From NCBI GenBank assembly GCA_910587325.1, contig CAJUKB010000004.1, positions 16,988 to 80,987 of the forward strand: a stretch of 64,000 nt of DNA, read 5' to 3'. The DNA comes from an uncultured Bacilli bacterium (lineage in GTDB: Bacteria; Bacillota_I; Bacilli_A; RF39; UBA660). The stretch's first letter is position 1. The number at the start of each line of letters is the position of its first letter. The position numbers were made by a program, and so were the translations under genes. Of this stretch, positions 8,415 to 17,193 are shown in pieces. A model generated the notes under the pieces. That model had not been told where the DNA came from. It was given only the letters and a program-made list of their open reading frames with translations, and searched no databases.

Positions 8415-9926
8415 TTATTGTTCTTTTTTCTTACTTATAATTAAGTACCCTATTCCTAACAAAGAAACAACAGCAAGTCCACTATACAAGACAACATTTA
8501 AAGTACCCGTCTGCGCATTGTTATTCTTTTTATGGTATCCATCACTTGGAACCAAAACATAGGTTGAGAAATGAGTAAATGTTAATTTTACATTGCCATC
8601 GGTTGCTTTTAAATTTTCTGCTACAACTTCCATTTGGTTTGTTTCAGGATTAAGGTATAATAGGGTTAAAGTTTTATTTTGTAGATAGTCCTTTACTTTT
8701 TCATTTACTTCTTTTTCTTGGACTGTCCAGCAAGCATTATATTTGTCTGGCTCTTTCTTATAATCGTATTGACTACATTGATATTTCTCATCTAATTTTT
8801 CCCAATATAAATTTCTAATATATTGTTCAATATTCACATTTAATTCATAATTCGTTGGTAAATTACCATGGTAGGTAAAATCAATATACAAAGCGTCATT
8901 TAAATCCATTAAATTGGCAATTTTGTCTTTGTTAATGCTTGTTTTCATTGAAATTTGATGTTCATAAGTAAAGCCTTTTTCCACCGTATTTTTTATATCT
9001 TTACCATTTAAATAGTAAGTCGAAGTTCCTACACTCGTGTCTTGAATAAACAAAACGGTTAAGTCTTTTCCTTTTAAAGCGTTAATTACTTCTGATATAT
9101 CTTCTTTAGAACTTCGAACTGAAAAATTATATTTTCCATAGCCATAAATACAGTCATGTGGAGAGTCTGGCATCACTTCTTGATACTTATCCAAATGGTT
9201 CAATATTTGAGTTAAACCTGCCGCACTTGAACCCATTTCACCGAAATCTCTTGCAGATATTGTCCAGTCAATTTTTATATCTTGTTTTCCAGTAGCACTT
9301 ACTGTTATACTAGATTTGCCTAAATCTTTTGCTTTGGTTACAACTTCTACTCCTGTAGGTTCACTGCTATATCCATAAGCTTCCCACCAAGTTTTCGGTT
9401 CACTTTTATAGTTACTAAACCCATATTCATTTGTATATTCCCACCAAGTTGGTTTTGAGGTGTAAGTAGATTTGCAATATTCACTATCCTTTGAGAAGTT
9501 ACCGTTTTCATCTTGACAATATTCATAATTTTTTAAGAACTCTTCAAAAGTGGCCTTGTTAAAATCTTCAACGTATCTTTCCCAATTTTGTTTTTCATTG
9601 GCATAATCATAAGGTTTTACTTCTACATCTAAAATGTTTGTGTTACTACTAACTGCAGAAACATTAGACACATTCTCAAAAAGAATATTTTCATTGTAAG
9701 GTTTGTTGTGAAAAGGCTTGTGAGGGTCCCAACTTCCTCGTCCTCCTTCATCATTATGCGCAATGCTATATTCCATTTGCATGTTTTCCCATTTTGTAGC
9801 ACCATAAGTTCTTGAAAGCGCTCTATCTTTAAAATACTCTTCCCAGTATCCATCCGCATAAACATTTGCACTTCCTAAAAATAAAAGTGTTGCAAATATC
9901 CCCAAGTAAGTAATTATTTTTTTCAT
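8415..9926 (-). CDS. Sortase-anchored surface protein with NAQTG sorting signal
   Basis: 503 aa. Signal peptide MKKIITYLGIFATLLFLGSANVYA. C-terminus NNAQTGTLNVVLYSGLAVVSLLGIGYLIISKKKEQ. Confidence 0.7.
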   Translation of the reverse strand: MKKIITYLGIFATLLFLGSANVYADGYWEEYFKDRALSRTYGATKWENMQMEYSIAHNDEGGRGSWDPHKPFHNKPYNENILFENVSNVSAVSSNTNILDVEVKPYDYANEKQNWERYVEDFNKATFEEFLKNYEYCQDENGNFSKDSEYCKSTYTSKPTWWEYTNEYGFSNYKSEPKTWWEAYGYSSEPTGVEVVTKAKDLGKSSITVSATGKQDIKIDWTISARDFGEMGSSAAGLTQILNHLDKYQEVMPDSPHDCIYGYGKYNFSVRSSKEDISEVINALKGKDLTVLFIQDTSVGTSTYYLNGKDIKNTVEKGFTYEHQISMKTSINKDKIANLMDLNDALYIDFTYHGNLPTNYELNVNIEQYIRNLYWEKLDEKYQCSQYDYKKEPDKYNACWTVQEKEVNEKVKDYLQNKTLTLLYLNPETNQMEVVAENLKATDGNVKLTFTHFSTYVLVPSDGYHKKNNNAQTGTLNVVLYSGLAVVSLLGIGYLIISKKKEQ

Positions 9927-9969
9927 AATTTTTCTTTCCCTTCCTTAGAATATCTCTATTCTTAAGGCT

Positions 9970-10000
9970 ATTATACCCCCCCCCCGAAAACGTTTGTCAA
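9970..10000 (-). promoter_or_regulatory. Consensus promoter TTGACA-N19-TATAAT with a G10 homopolymer in the spacer (candidate phase-variable promoter)
   Basis: Minus strand: TTGACA at 9995-10000, G10 at 9976-9985 within a 19-nt spacer, TATAAT at 9970-9975, RBS AAGGAAGGG before the ATG at 9926. Confidence 0.55.
9976..9985. repeat. C10/G10 homopolymeric tract
   Basis: Ten consecutive C on the plus strand in DNA of about 25-28 % GC. Confidence 0.9.
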
Positions 10001-10019
10001 TACCCAAACTGTTTTTATT

Positions 10020-10979
10020 CTAATTTTCTCTTTTTGTTCTTTCCTTATCCATTTCTTTAATAATATACACAGGTCTTTTCTTTGCTTCTAAATATGTTTT
10101 AGAAAGATATTCTCCAATGATTCCTAAACAAAACAATTGAATGCCACTAACCAAAAATAAAATGCAAATCATAGAAGGCCAACCACTGGTTGGGTCTCCA
10201 AATAAAATGGTTTTTAAAACAATCACTAAAATCATTATAAAAGAAATGACACAAAATAGAATACCTATAAACGCTGAAATTGTTAAAGGCATTGTTGAAA
10301 ACGAAACTATTCCCTCAATGGCATATTTAAAAAGACTAAAAAAAGACCAACTTGTTTCTCCAGCAATTCTTTCTTTGTTTTCATATTCGAGCCATTTCGT
10401 ATTAAAGCCTACAAATCCAAATAATCCTTTAGAAAAACGATTGTATTCTTTTAAACTTAAAATGGCATTTCTAACATTCTTTCGCATTAAACGATAATCT
10501 CTTGCTCCATCAACAACTTCAATGTTGCTAATTTTGTTTATCAATTTATAAAACATTCTGGCAAAAAAACTACGAATTTTTGGTTCTCCCATTCTGGTAA
10601 CTCTTCTAGTAGCAACGCAATCTACATCTTTTTCACTTTTTAAAATGGCAAACATTTCAAGGAGAAGTTCAGGAGGGTCTTGTAAGTCAGCATCCATTAA
10701 AGCAACATAATCTCCTTTGGCATATGTAAGACCTGCTAACATAGCCGCTTCTTTACCAAAATTTCTTGATAAAGAAAGATAGTGAATACTTGAATTACGT
10801 TTACATAAGTCTTTCATTATTTTTAAGGTATTGTCTTTGGAACCATCATTGACAAGAATAAGTTCAACGTCTGTTTTTTTGAGTTCTTTTTTGATTTTTA
10901 AGATTTCATGATAAAAGAGTGGCAATGCCTCTTCTTCGTTATAACAAGCAACTACAATACTTATGGTTTCCTTTTTCAT
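10020..10979 (-). CDS. GT2 polyprenyl-phosphate glycosyltransferase (GtrB/CsbB/ArnC-like)
   Basis: 319 aa. SIVVACYNEE, DGSKDNT and DADLQD motifs, with two C-terminal TM helices typical of GtrB-like enzymes. Confidence 0.8.
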   Translation of the reverse strand: MKKETISIVVACYNEEEALPLFYHEILKIKKELKKTDVELILVNDGSKDNTLKIMKDLCKRNSSIHYLSLSRNFGKEAAMLAGLTYAKGDYVALMDADLQDPPELLLEMFAILKSEKDVDCVATRRVTRMGEPKIRSFFARMFYKLINKISNIEVVDGARDYRLMRKNVRNAILSLKEYNRFSKGLFGFVGFNTKWLEYENKERIAGETSWSFFSLFKYAIEGIVSFSTMPLTISAFIGILFCVISFIMILVIVLKTILFGDPTSGWPSMICILFLVSGIQLFCLGIIGEYLSKTYLEAKKRPVYIIKEMDKERTKREN

Positions 10980-12634
10980 TTTGTTTTCTCCTTTTTAATG
11001 ATTAAATAGATTGCAAATAAACCTACAGTGAATAAACTTATTTTATTTCCTACTCTACCTAGTGTAGTATTTTCATAAGTTACTTCGATGATTGCTTCTT
11101 GATTGGCTTCCATTTCGATAAAGCCATACTGGTTTTCTTTATAGTTGAGAAAAGTACTTTCACCGTTATAACCCATCATTTTTATGGTATATCCCAAATA
11201 ATATAATCTAGGTAGTTCTAGCTTTGCATAGTTTGTATTGGTAATTTTAAATCTTAAATTAGGAGTACTGTCTTCTATAATGCTTATATCGGCGTTTCCA
11301 TCGACGACTAAAATTTCTGTACTTCGATTGTGAAAGTAATCGATATGGTTTTTTGCATTCATCGGCAGATACTCTTCTTGGTACCCCATACCAACCTGAC
11401 TTAAATCGTAATAGCTCAAATCTTCTTTATGATACGTTTGCATGAGTATCGGAAGAATGGCAAAAAGAAAACAAGAAAAAATACAAAGTGCGAGCACTTT
11501 TTTTGATTTTAATTCGTTTAGAGCATAGTAAGACAATATGCTTAATCCAAAACATGTAAGTACTCCTAAGCGATAAGGAAATTGAATCATCAGTAAAAAG
11601 TTTGGCATTAAAAACCACGGGAATAAATGGGAAGAAAACCATATTCCTAGACATGTACAAATAACGCCCAAACAAAATAAAAAATCATTCTGAAGTTTTT
11701 CTTTAAATTTGTGTCTCTTCTTTAATTCATAAAGCAAATAAATGACTAGACCAAGAGCTACCCAATTTAGCATGTGAAAACCTATTTTTTTGCCACCAAG
11801 CAAGAATTGAAATAAGAACAAAGCATTGCCATACACACCAAAACGATTAGACATTTCGCCCTTTGTAAAAGCAACGTAATTTCCATTTAACAGATGAGTA
11901 AATAGTGGAATTAGAAACGGAAGGCTGATTAAAATGACTAAAAAGGTTGCGCATAATAAACGAAGAATAGTTTTTTTATTCCAAACTTTTTTAAAATGAA
12001 AAATAAGAAATATGCTTAAGAAAAGAGTTACGTAAATACTCATTACTAAGTGGGAGTTCAGTAGTCCAACGTATCCTAAGACAAAATAAAAATAAAATTT
12101 TTTAGACTGATTGTGGAACAAATAATAAATACCTAAAAAAATGAGAGGTAAAAATACAAAAACAAAAGATTCCGCTAATGCATCACGATATAAATAATCG
12201 TAAATTTTATAAGGTGCCGTTATATAAAATAGTGTAGCAATAAAGGATAAGTTCTTATGTTTTGTAATGGTTTTCATAAAAGTATACATCGTAATACCCG
12301 ATAAAAAGTTCAGTAAAAAATCGGTTATTTTGATGGATGTAAAAATAGTTCCAGGGGTATATTTATAAATAAGTGCTGTTATAAAATGAGGAAGATTGGG
12401 ATAGAAAATATTGGTTCCATAGCCAAAGTTATTGGCAATGAACGGAAGAATTTTTAAGTTTGCTATATTGGACCATTGTAAATTTTTAATAAAAGAGAGA
12501 ACATTAGCTACATGAAAACCCGTATCATGGCCATAAAAATAGTTATTACTTAATAGTGGAAAAAGTAGAAAGATTGAAATTAAAAAAATAAAAAAATAAT
12601 ATTTATCTATTTTAATTGGTATTCTTTTGTGCAT
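10976..12634 (-). CDS. Polytopic membrane protein, putative GT-C type glycosyltransferase (GtrC/YfhO-like partner of GtrB)
   Basis: 552 aa with more than 10 predicted TM segments. Start overlaps the stop of the GtrB-like gene. RBS AAAGGAGAAA. Confidence 0.45.
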   Translation of the reverse strand: MHKRIPIKIDKYYFFIFLISIFLLFPLLSNNYFYGHDTGFHVANVLSFIKNLQWSNIANLKILPFIANNFGYGTNIFYPNLPHFITALIYKYTPGTIFTSIKITDFLLNFLSGITMYTFMKTITKHKNLSFIATLFYITAPYKIYDYLYRDALAESFVFVFLPLIFLGIYYLFHNQSKKFYFYFVLGYVGLLNSHLVMSIYVTLFLSIFLIFHFKKVWNKKTILRLLCATFLVILISLPFLIPLFTHLLNGNYVAFTKGEMSNRFGVYGNALFLFQFLLGGKKIGFHMLNWVALGLVIYLLYELKKRHKFKEKLQNDFLFCLGVICTCLGIWFSSHLFPWFLMPNFLLMIQFPYRLGVLTCFGLSILSYYALNELKSKKVLALCIFSCFLFAILPILMQTYHKEDLSYYDLSQVGMGYQEEYLPMNAKNHIDYFHNRSTEILVVDGNADISIIEDSTPNLRFKITNTNYAKLELPRLYYLGYTIKMMGYNGESTFLNYKENQYGFIEMEANQEAIIEVTYENTTLGRVGNKISLFTVGLFAIYLIIKKEKTK

Positions 12635-12655
12635 ATAATTTTCTCCTTTTTAATA

Positions 12656-12686
12656 ATTATAACCCCCCCCCCAATGAAAAAGACAA
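12656..12686 (-). promoter_or_regulatory. Promoter-like TTGTCT-N19-TATAAT with a G10 tract in the spacer
   Basis: Minus strand: TTGTCT at 12681-12686, G10 at 12663-12672, TATAAT at 12656-12661, RBS AAAGGAG before the ATG at 12634. Confidence 0.5.
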
Positions 12687-12805
12687 ATACAATCGAGTTC
12701 AATTTAGGGCTATGAATTCAAAAGAAAAATAACCTTTTTTAAATAAGAGTTATTTTTTCTAAATTATATGCTGTAAGATTTCTTTTAAGTATCATACTAT
12801 AAAAC

Positions 12806-14422
12806 TTATTTTTCATAAGAAAGTAAAGGAATTAAAAAATCAAAAGGAAGCATTAATACAAATATATAAACATACCTTAAACTAAAAGCAATGGGCACTC
12901 CTATCATAATGGGAATCCAAATAAATAATCCAGGTATATATAAAATTAAATATCTATATTTTTTAGTTAAAAACGTAATGGTTATGCTTAAGAAGAAGAG
13001 CCAAATAAAGAATGCAGATGAAATAATTGGAAATGAATCTATTGTTTTTCGTAAAGAAAAATGAAACAATTCCTGTAGCAAATCTCTTTGCTCTACTAAA
13101 TCCGTATGTGTAGGCCATGTATAGGTTTGGATATAGGCGACACTGCTATTTTTTTTAATATCCCAATAACCAAGTGTTTGTAAAAGATAAGCCTCTATAT
13201 AGTTGTTAAAATTTTTGGGTAACAATCTAAACCAAATGTTAAAAAACTCTATTTTGTGAGAATTCAAAAAATCTTTATTAAAATCGTTGTTCCATTTTGT
13301 TGTATCAAAATTAAGGGGTTTAGCAGCAGTTTTCAAAACCTCTATTGGAATAATTTGATTTAGAAATTCTTTATCTTTTTCTTCTAAAGAAGCATCTTTT
13401 TTAACAGAATAAGAAATTTGTTGGAAAGGAATAGAAACACTTTCAATGAAATTATCCCCTTTTAAATGCAAATAGGAATAAATAGGTCCTTGTATCGCAA
13501 CGACAATTAAAATTAAACTCAAAATCGATAGTAAGAATTGTTTATTTATACTTTTTTTACATCTATAGTGACAAATAATAAGTACAAGAGTTGTTCCTAA
13601 AACTACAAAAAAACCATTATTCCTTAAGAAACAAACAAATAAAGATAATATGCAATAGAAAATTATGTCTTTTTTATTTTTGAAATCTGCTCGTGAACTC
13701 GTAAAAATATCAAAAAGAAAAGCAATATAAATGATTAAAACAAAATTAAATGGAGTATCTTTCCATATAGAAATAACATATAAAGGTATAAGCGGAAATA
13801 GTGCAAAGAAAGCAAGTACTAAAAAAGTCACCCTTTTTGGCAAGTTTTTCTTATGAATCACATATATAACATAACTTAATGCTAAGGCACAACCGATATA
13901 TTGAAAGAACCCAAAAAGAAGAATTCCCCCTGTTAAACCACTGCCTAAAATAGAACTTCCTAATGAAGTAAAGATTTTTAATGTAATGGTATACAAAATT
14001 GGATTATTATTGGATAAAAGACCAATTCCATTTACTTTAAAATTGGAAAGTTGTACGATAGAAGCATAAGTATCCGAATAAATTCCTCCTGGAAAATAGG
14101 ATAAAAAATAAGGAAGCCACGTAAGTAGTAATACACCAAAAGCAATCCAAAACAGATGAGGTATTTTTTTCGTATTTGCTTTTTCCATTTTTTTATTTAT
14201 ATGTTCATATATCTTTTGAAAAAAAGTAATAAAAATATAAGTAATGAAAAAGAAAATAATTTCTTTTCCAAAATCCTTAACGTGAAAGGAAGCAAAGGAA
14301 ACATCTGAAAAAACATTTATTTCTTCATTGCATATTAATTTTGAATCAAGCACTAACATGAAAGAAAAGACAAAAGAAAAAATGCTTTTTATAAAAATTG
14401 GTTTTTTCCATAATTTTTTCAA
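12806..14422 (-). CDS. Polytopic membrane protein, putative GT-C family glycosyltransferase
   Basis: 538 aa, multiple TM helices. The start may be an internal Met (MEKANTKK). Confidence 0.4.
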   Translation of the reverse strand: MKKLWKKPIFIKSIFSFVFSFMLVLDSKLICNEEINVFSDVSFASFHVKDFGKEIIFFFITYIFITFFQKIYEHINKKMEKANTKKIPHLFWIAFGVLLLTWLPYFLSYFPGGIYSDTYASIVQLSNFKVNGIGLLSNNNPILYTITLKIFTSLGSSILGSGLTGGILLFGFFQYIGCALALSYVIYVIHKKNLPKRVTFLVLAFFALFPLIPLYVISIWKDTPFNFVLIIYIAFLFDIFTSSRADFKNKKDIIFYCILSLFVCFLRNNGFFVVLGTTLVLIICHYRCKKSINKQFLLSILSLILIVVAIQGPIYSYLHLKGDNFIESVSIPFQQISYSVKKDASLEEKDKEFLNQIIPIEVLKTAAKPLNFDTTKWNNDFNKDFLNSHKIEFFNIWFRLLPKNFNNYIEAYLLQTLGYWDIKKNSSVAYIQTYTWPTHTDLVEQRDLLQELFHFSLRKTIDSFPIISSAFFIWLFFLSITITFLTKKYRYLILYIPGLFIWIPIMIGVPIAFSLRYVYIFVLMLPFDFLIPLLSYEK

Positions 14423-14441
14423 TTTTATTCACTCCTTACTT

Positions 14442-15986
14442 TTAATATAAAAATGTTGTTATCATTTCGAGCATAACTATATAATTCAAAACTATAGTTA
14501 TATAGGCAAGAATATATTTATTGATTTTTATAGGATTTTTCACTTTAAAAAATAGTAAAGCACAAATTATTGGGAAAAAGTATCTACCCTGAATGCCTAT
14601 AATAGTTCTTGCTCCTTCATAAGTACATAAATATAAAGCAGTACAAATGAGCACAAATATGCTACCTAAAATTCCTACTATGAAAATCGTTTTTTTCCAA
14701 ACATTATCTCTATTTTTCTCTTCTGAAAGAAAAGCAAATAAATTAACCATAATAAATCCAAAATTTACAATAGGAAAAGGCCTTACTTGCCAATGACATA
14801 GAAATTCTCCAGCGAAAATATTTTCTAAATAATTATAACCATTTTGAGCAATTGTATTTAATACTACCATAAGATAGCGAATAGGCTGTTGCATAATCCA
14901 ATTATTTGGAGCTTCAGTATTACTAGCCATAGCAGCTTCAGATGTGGCAGTCCATTTTAATAGTTCTTGCCAACCTAAATTCATAGAAATTCCTATAGCT
15001 ATATATATAATCTTTACTATTATTTCTTGCTTTTTACTTTTAAAACATTCATGTGGTAATAGAAGAATTAGAAAGACAAATGGCAAATACACTACTTTGG
15101 CTAAAGATACACAAATTGTTAGTAAGAATAAAAGGAAATAGTCTTGCCATTTGAAACTTTTTTTCTCTTTTATTTTACTTAAAATATAGCTTATAAACAG
15201 GAAGGAATAAGCTATCGTTGTTCCATCTGCTGAAAAAGAAGCACTATAAGATAAAAAGGTAGGAGATAGCATTAAAATAAGAGCAAAAAACTTTCCATTT
15301 GGAAGCAATTTAATTCCAACAGATACCAAAGATACACAAAATAGTAAACTTAAAAAACGACCAATTATGCCACAAAAATATGGATTTAAATGAAATAATT
15401 TTCCAAGCAATATTCCTAAAACATGAGGAATATAGTTTACAATCGAATAATTTGCTGCACTGATTTTTAAATTTCCCTTTTCTCCTTGGTTTAGTTGAAT
15501 TTTAGATATCTTTAACATATCTTCGTATTTTTTATATTCGGCTTGCTTTTCATTATTATAAATACTATCAATAACACTTTTATCAAAGCTATTCTGTCGA
15601 CTATTCTCATAATAGGGAGTGGTAAAGTAGCCTTCACTTAATTCATATGCTCTTAAATAATGCGCAGGTTCATCGCTTTGTGTAAAAAGAGGCATTATAA
15701 ACAAATAACAAATTCCTAGTAGCATAGCAATAATGAAATATTGCTTATGTAATTTTTTCACTTTTGTTGTATCTATAAAAGAAGTGGCAATTAAAGTAAA
15801 AACAAGTGTAATTAACCCTAAAATGATATATCCGTTTAAATACTTTGTGTCTAGCGCATCTGCATATAAATCGGCTTGCAAATTTTTATAATAAAAAAGA
15901 AAAGCAGTCAATAAAATAATTGCTATAGCTACTAATCTAATTACTTTTCCTTTTTTTTCATGATTTAAAATTGTTTTTAGCTTCAA
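14442..15986 (-). CDS. Polytopic membrane protein (DUF2142-like), putative glycan-modifying GT-C
   Basis: 514 aa, many TM helices. The SDEPAHYLRAYE motif resembles the DUF2142 family. Confidence 0.4.
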   Translation of the reverse strand: MKLKTILNHEKKGKVIRLVAIAIILLTAFLFYYKNLQADLYADALDTKYLNGYIILGLITLVFTLIATSFIDTTKVKKLHKQYFIIAMLLGICYLFIMPLFTQSDEPAHYLRAYELSEGYFTTPYYENSRQNSFDKSVIDSIYNNEKQAEYKKYEDMLKISKIQLNQGEKGNLKISAANYSIVNYIPHVLGILLGKLFHLNPYFCGIIGRFLSLLFCVSLVSVGIKLLPNGKFFALILMLSPTFLSYSASFSADGTTIAYSFLFISYILSKIKEKKSFKWQDYFLLFLLTICVSLAKVVYLPFVFLILLLPHECFKSKKQEIIVKIIYIAIGISMNLGWQELLKWTATSEAAMASNTEAPNNWIMQQPIRYLMVVLNTIAQNGYNYLENIFAGEFLCHWQVRPFPIVNFGFIMVNLFAFLSEEKNRDNVWKKTIFIVGILGSIFVLICTALYLCTYEGARTIIGIQGRYFFPIICALLFFKVKNPIKINKYILAYITIVLNYIVMLEMITTFLY

Positions 15987-15999
15987 TTTTAACTACTCC

Positions 16000-17193
16000 T
16001 TACTCTTCCTCATATACTTCATAACATTTGACATAAAATTTCATTATTATTTTCACAAGAAAATTTGGCCAAAATTTACGAAACATAATCGTATCTTCAA
16101 TTTGTCTTGTACTATTTTTAATCCAAGAGGCTGTGGTTGCTTCTTCATGTATGCGAAATGAAATTAATTTCATAGGAATATATTTTACTTTTCCCTTTTT
16201 AGAATAAATTTTATGAAAAGTATCCCAATCAAGCGCAAACTTTAATTCACTCGTAAATATAGGCTCTCCAAGTAACTTTTTATTATACGTTACAGAAGGA
16301 CAATTTATGGTATTCCCAAAAGCAAGAGTTAATTTACGAATCCACCTTATATTTGCAAATCCAGGAACACGTAATGGAGATTTAATCAGTTTTTTAATAA
16401 TTAAATTCTTATCTGCAATGTTTTTTCCATCTTTCAGAAAATAATTTTCTGTTGAAATCATTAATTCTTTGCCAGTGTAATTATTTAATATATTTTCTAA
16501 ATAATAGGGATCATAAACATCATCTTGATGAGCAACAGTTACAAGTTCAGTATGAGACATTTCTACTCCATAATTCCAATCCTCTTGAATATCACTTTCT
16601 CCTTTACGATAATATACATCTAGTTTATGTTTCTTTGCTAAATTATCAATATGTTTATTCTTTGTAGAAGAAACTATAATAATATTAGATTTTAAACTTT
16701 GTGTTTTTAAAGATTTTATACATTCTTCTAAATAAGGCGATTCTTTATAGGCACAAATGGCAAAGGTATGATACTTTTTTGGATGTTTCAAATACTTATT
16801 CTCTTTCCCACTAAATACCCAAATTCTACTAAACAAAAAGTTATAAGGAACAGTAACGCAAAGAGTAAGAATAGGAGCCAACATTTCTGAAAATCCTAGA
16901 ACATCTACTAATAAATACATACATCCTAAATTGATAAAATAACTACTTCCATACACAACATAATATTTCATAATAGAACGATTATCATAAACATTTTTCT
17001 TAAATACCCATCCATTGTTTAAAAGAAAACCAAGAATAGAACTTAGGAAAAAAGCAATGGTAGTTGCAATTAAATAATTGATATTTAAAAACAAAAAACT
17101 ATAATAAAATATCCAAGAACTAAAGGTATTGATACACCCTACTATGCCAAATTTAACAAATTGTTTTACTAATTGTTCTACTTTTGTTTTCAT
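16000..17193 (-). CDS. GtrA-like flippase domain fused to a GT2 glycosyltransferase
   Basis: The N-terminal ~120 aa have GtrA-family 4-TM architecture (KFGIVGCINT...NNGWVF). The C-terminal GT2 domain contains TFAICAYKESPYLEECIKSLKTQS ... HQDD. Confidence 0.55.
   Translation of the reverse strand: MKTKVEQLVKQFVKFGIVGCINTFSSWIFYYSFLFLNINYLIATTIAFFLSSILGFLLNNGWVFKKNVYDNRSIMKYYVVYGSSYFINLGCMYLLVDVLGFSEMLAPILTLCVTVPYNFLFSRIWVFSGKENKYLKHPKKYHTFAICAYKESPYLEECIKSLKTQSLKSNIIIVSSTKNKHIDNLAKKHKLDVYYRKGESDIQEDWNYGVEMSHTELVTVAHQDDVYDPYYLENILNNYTGKELMISTENYFLKDGKNIADKNLIIKKLIKSPLRVPGFANIRWIRKLTLAFGNTINCPSVTYNKKLLGEPIFTSELKFALDWDTFHKIYSKKGKVKYIPMKLISFRIHEEATTASWIKNSTRQIEDTIMFRKFWPNFLVKIIMKFYVKCYEVYEEE

Noticed and set aside
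10141-10497. 118-aa plus-strand ORF
   Set aside because: Antisense inside the GtrB-like gene. Spurious.
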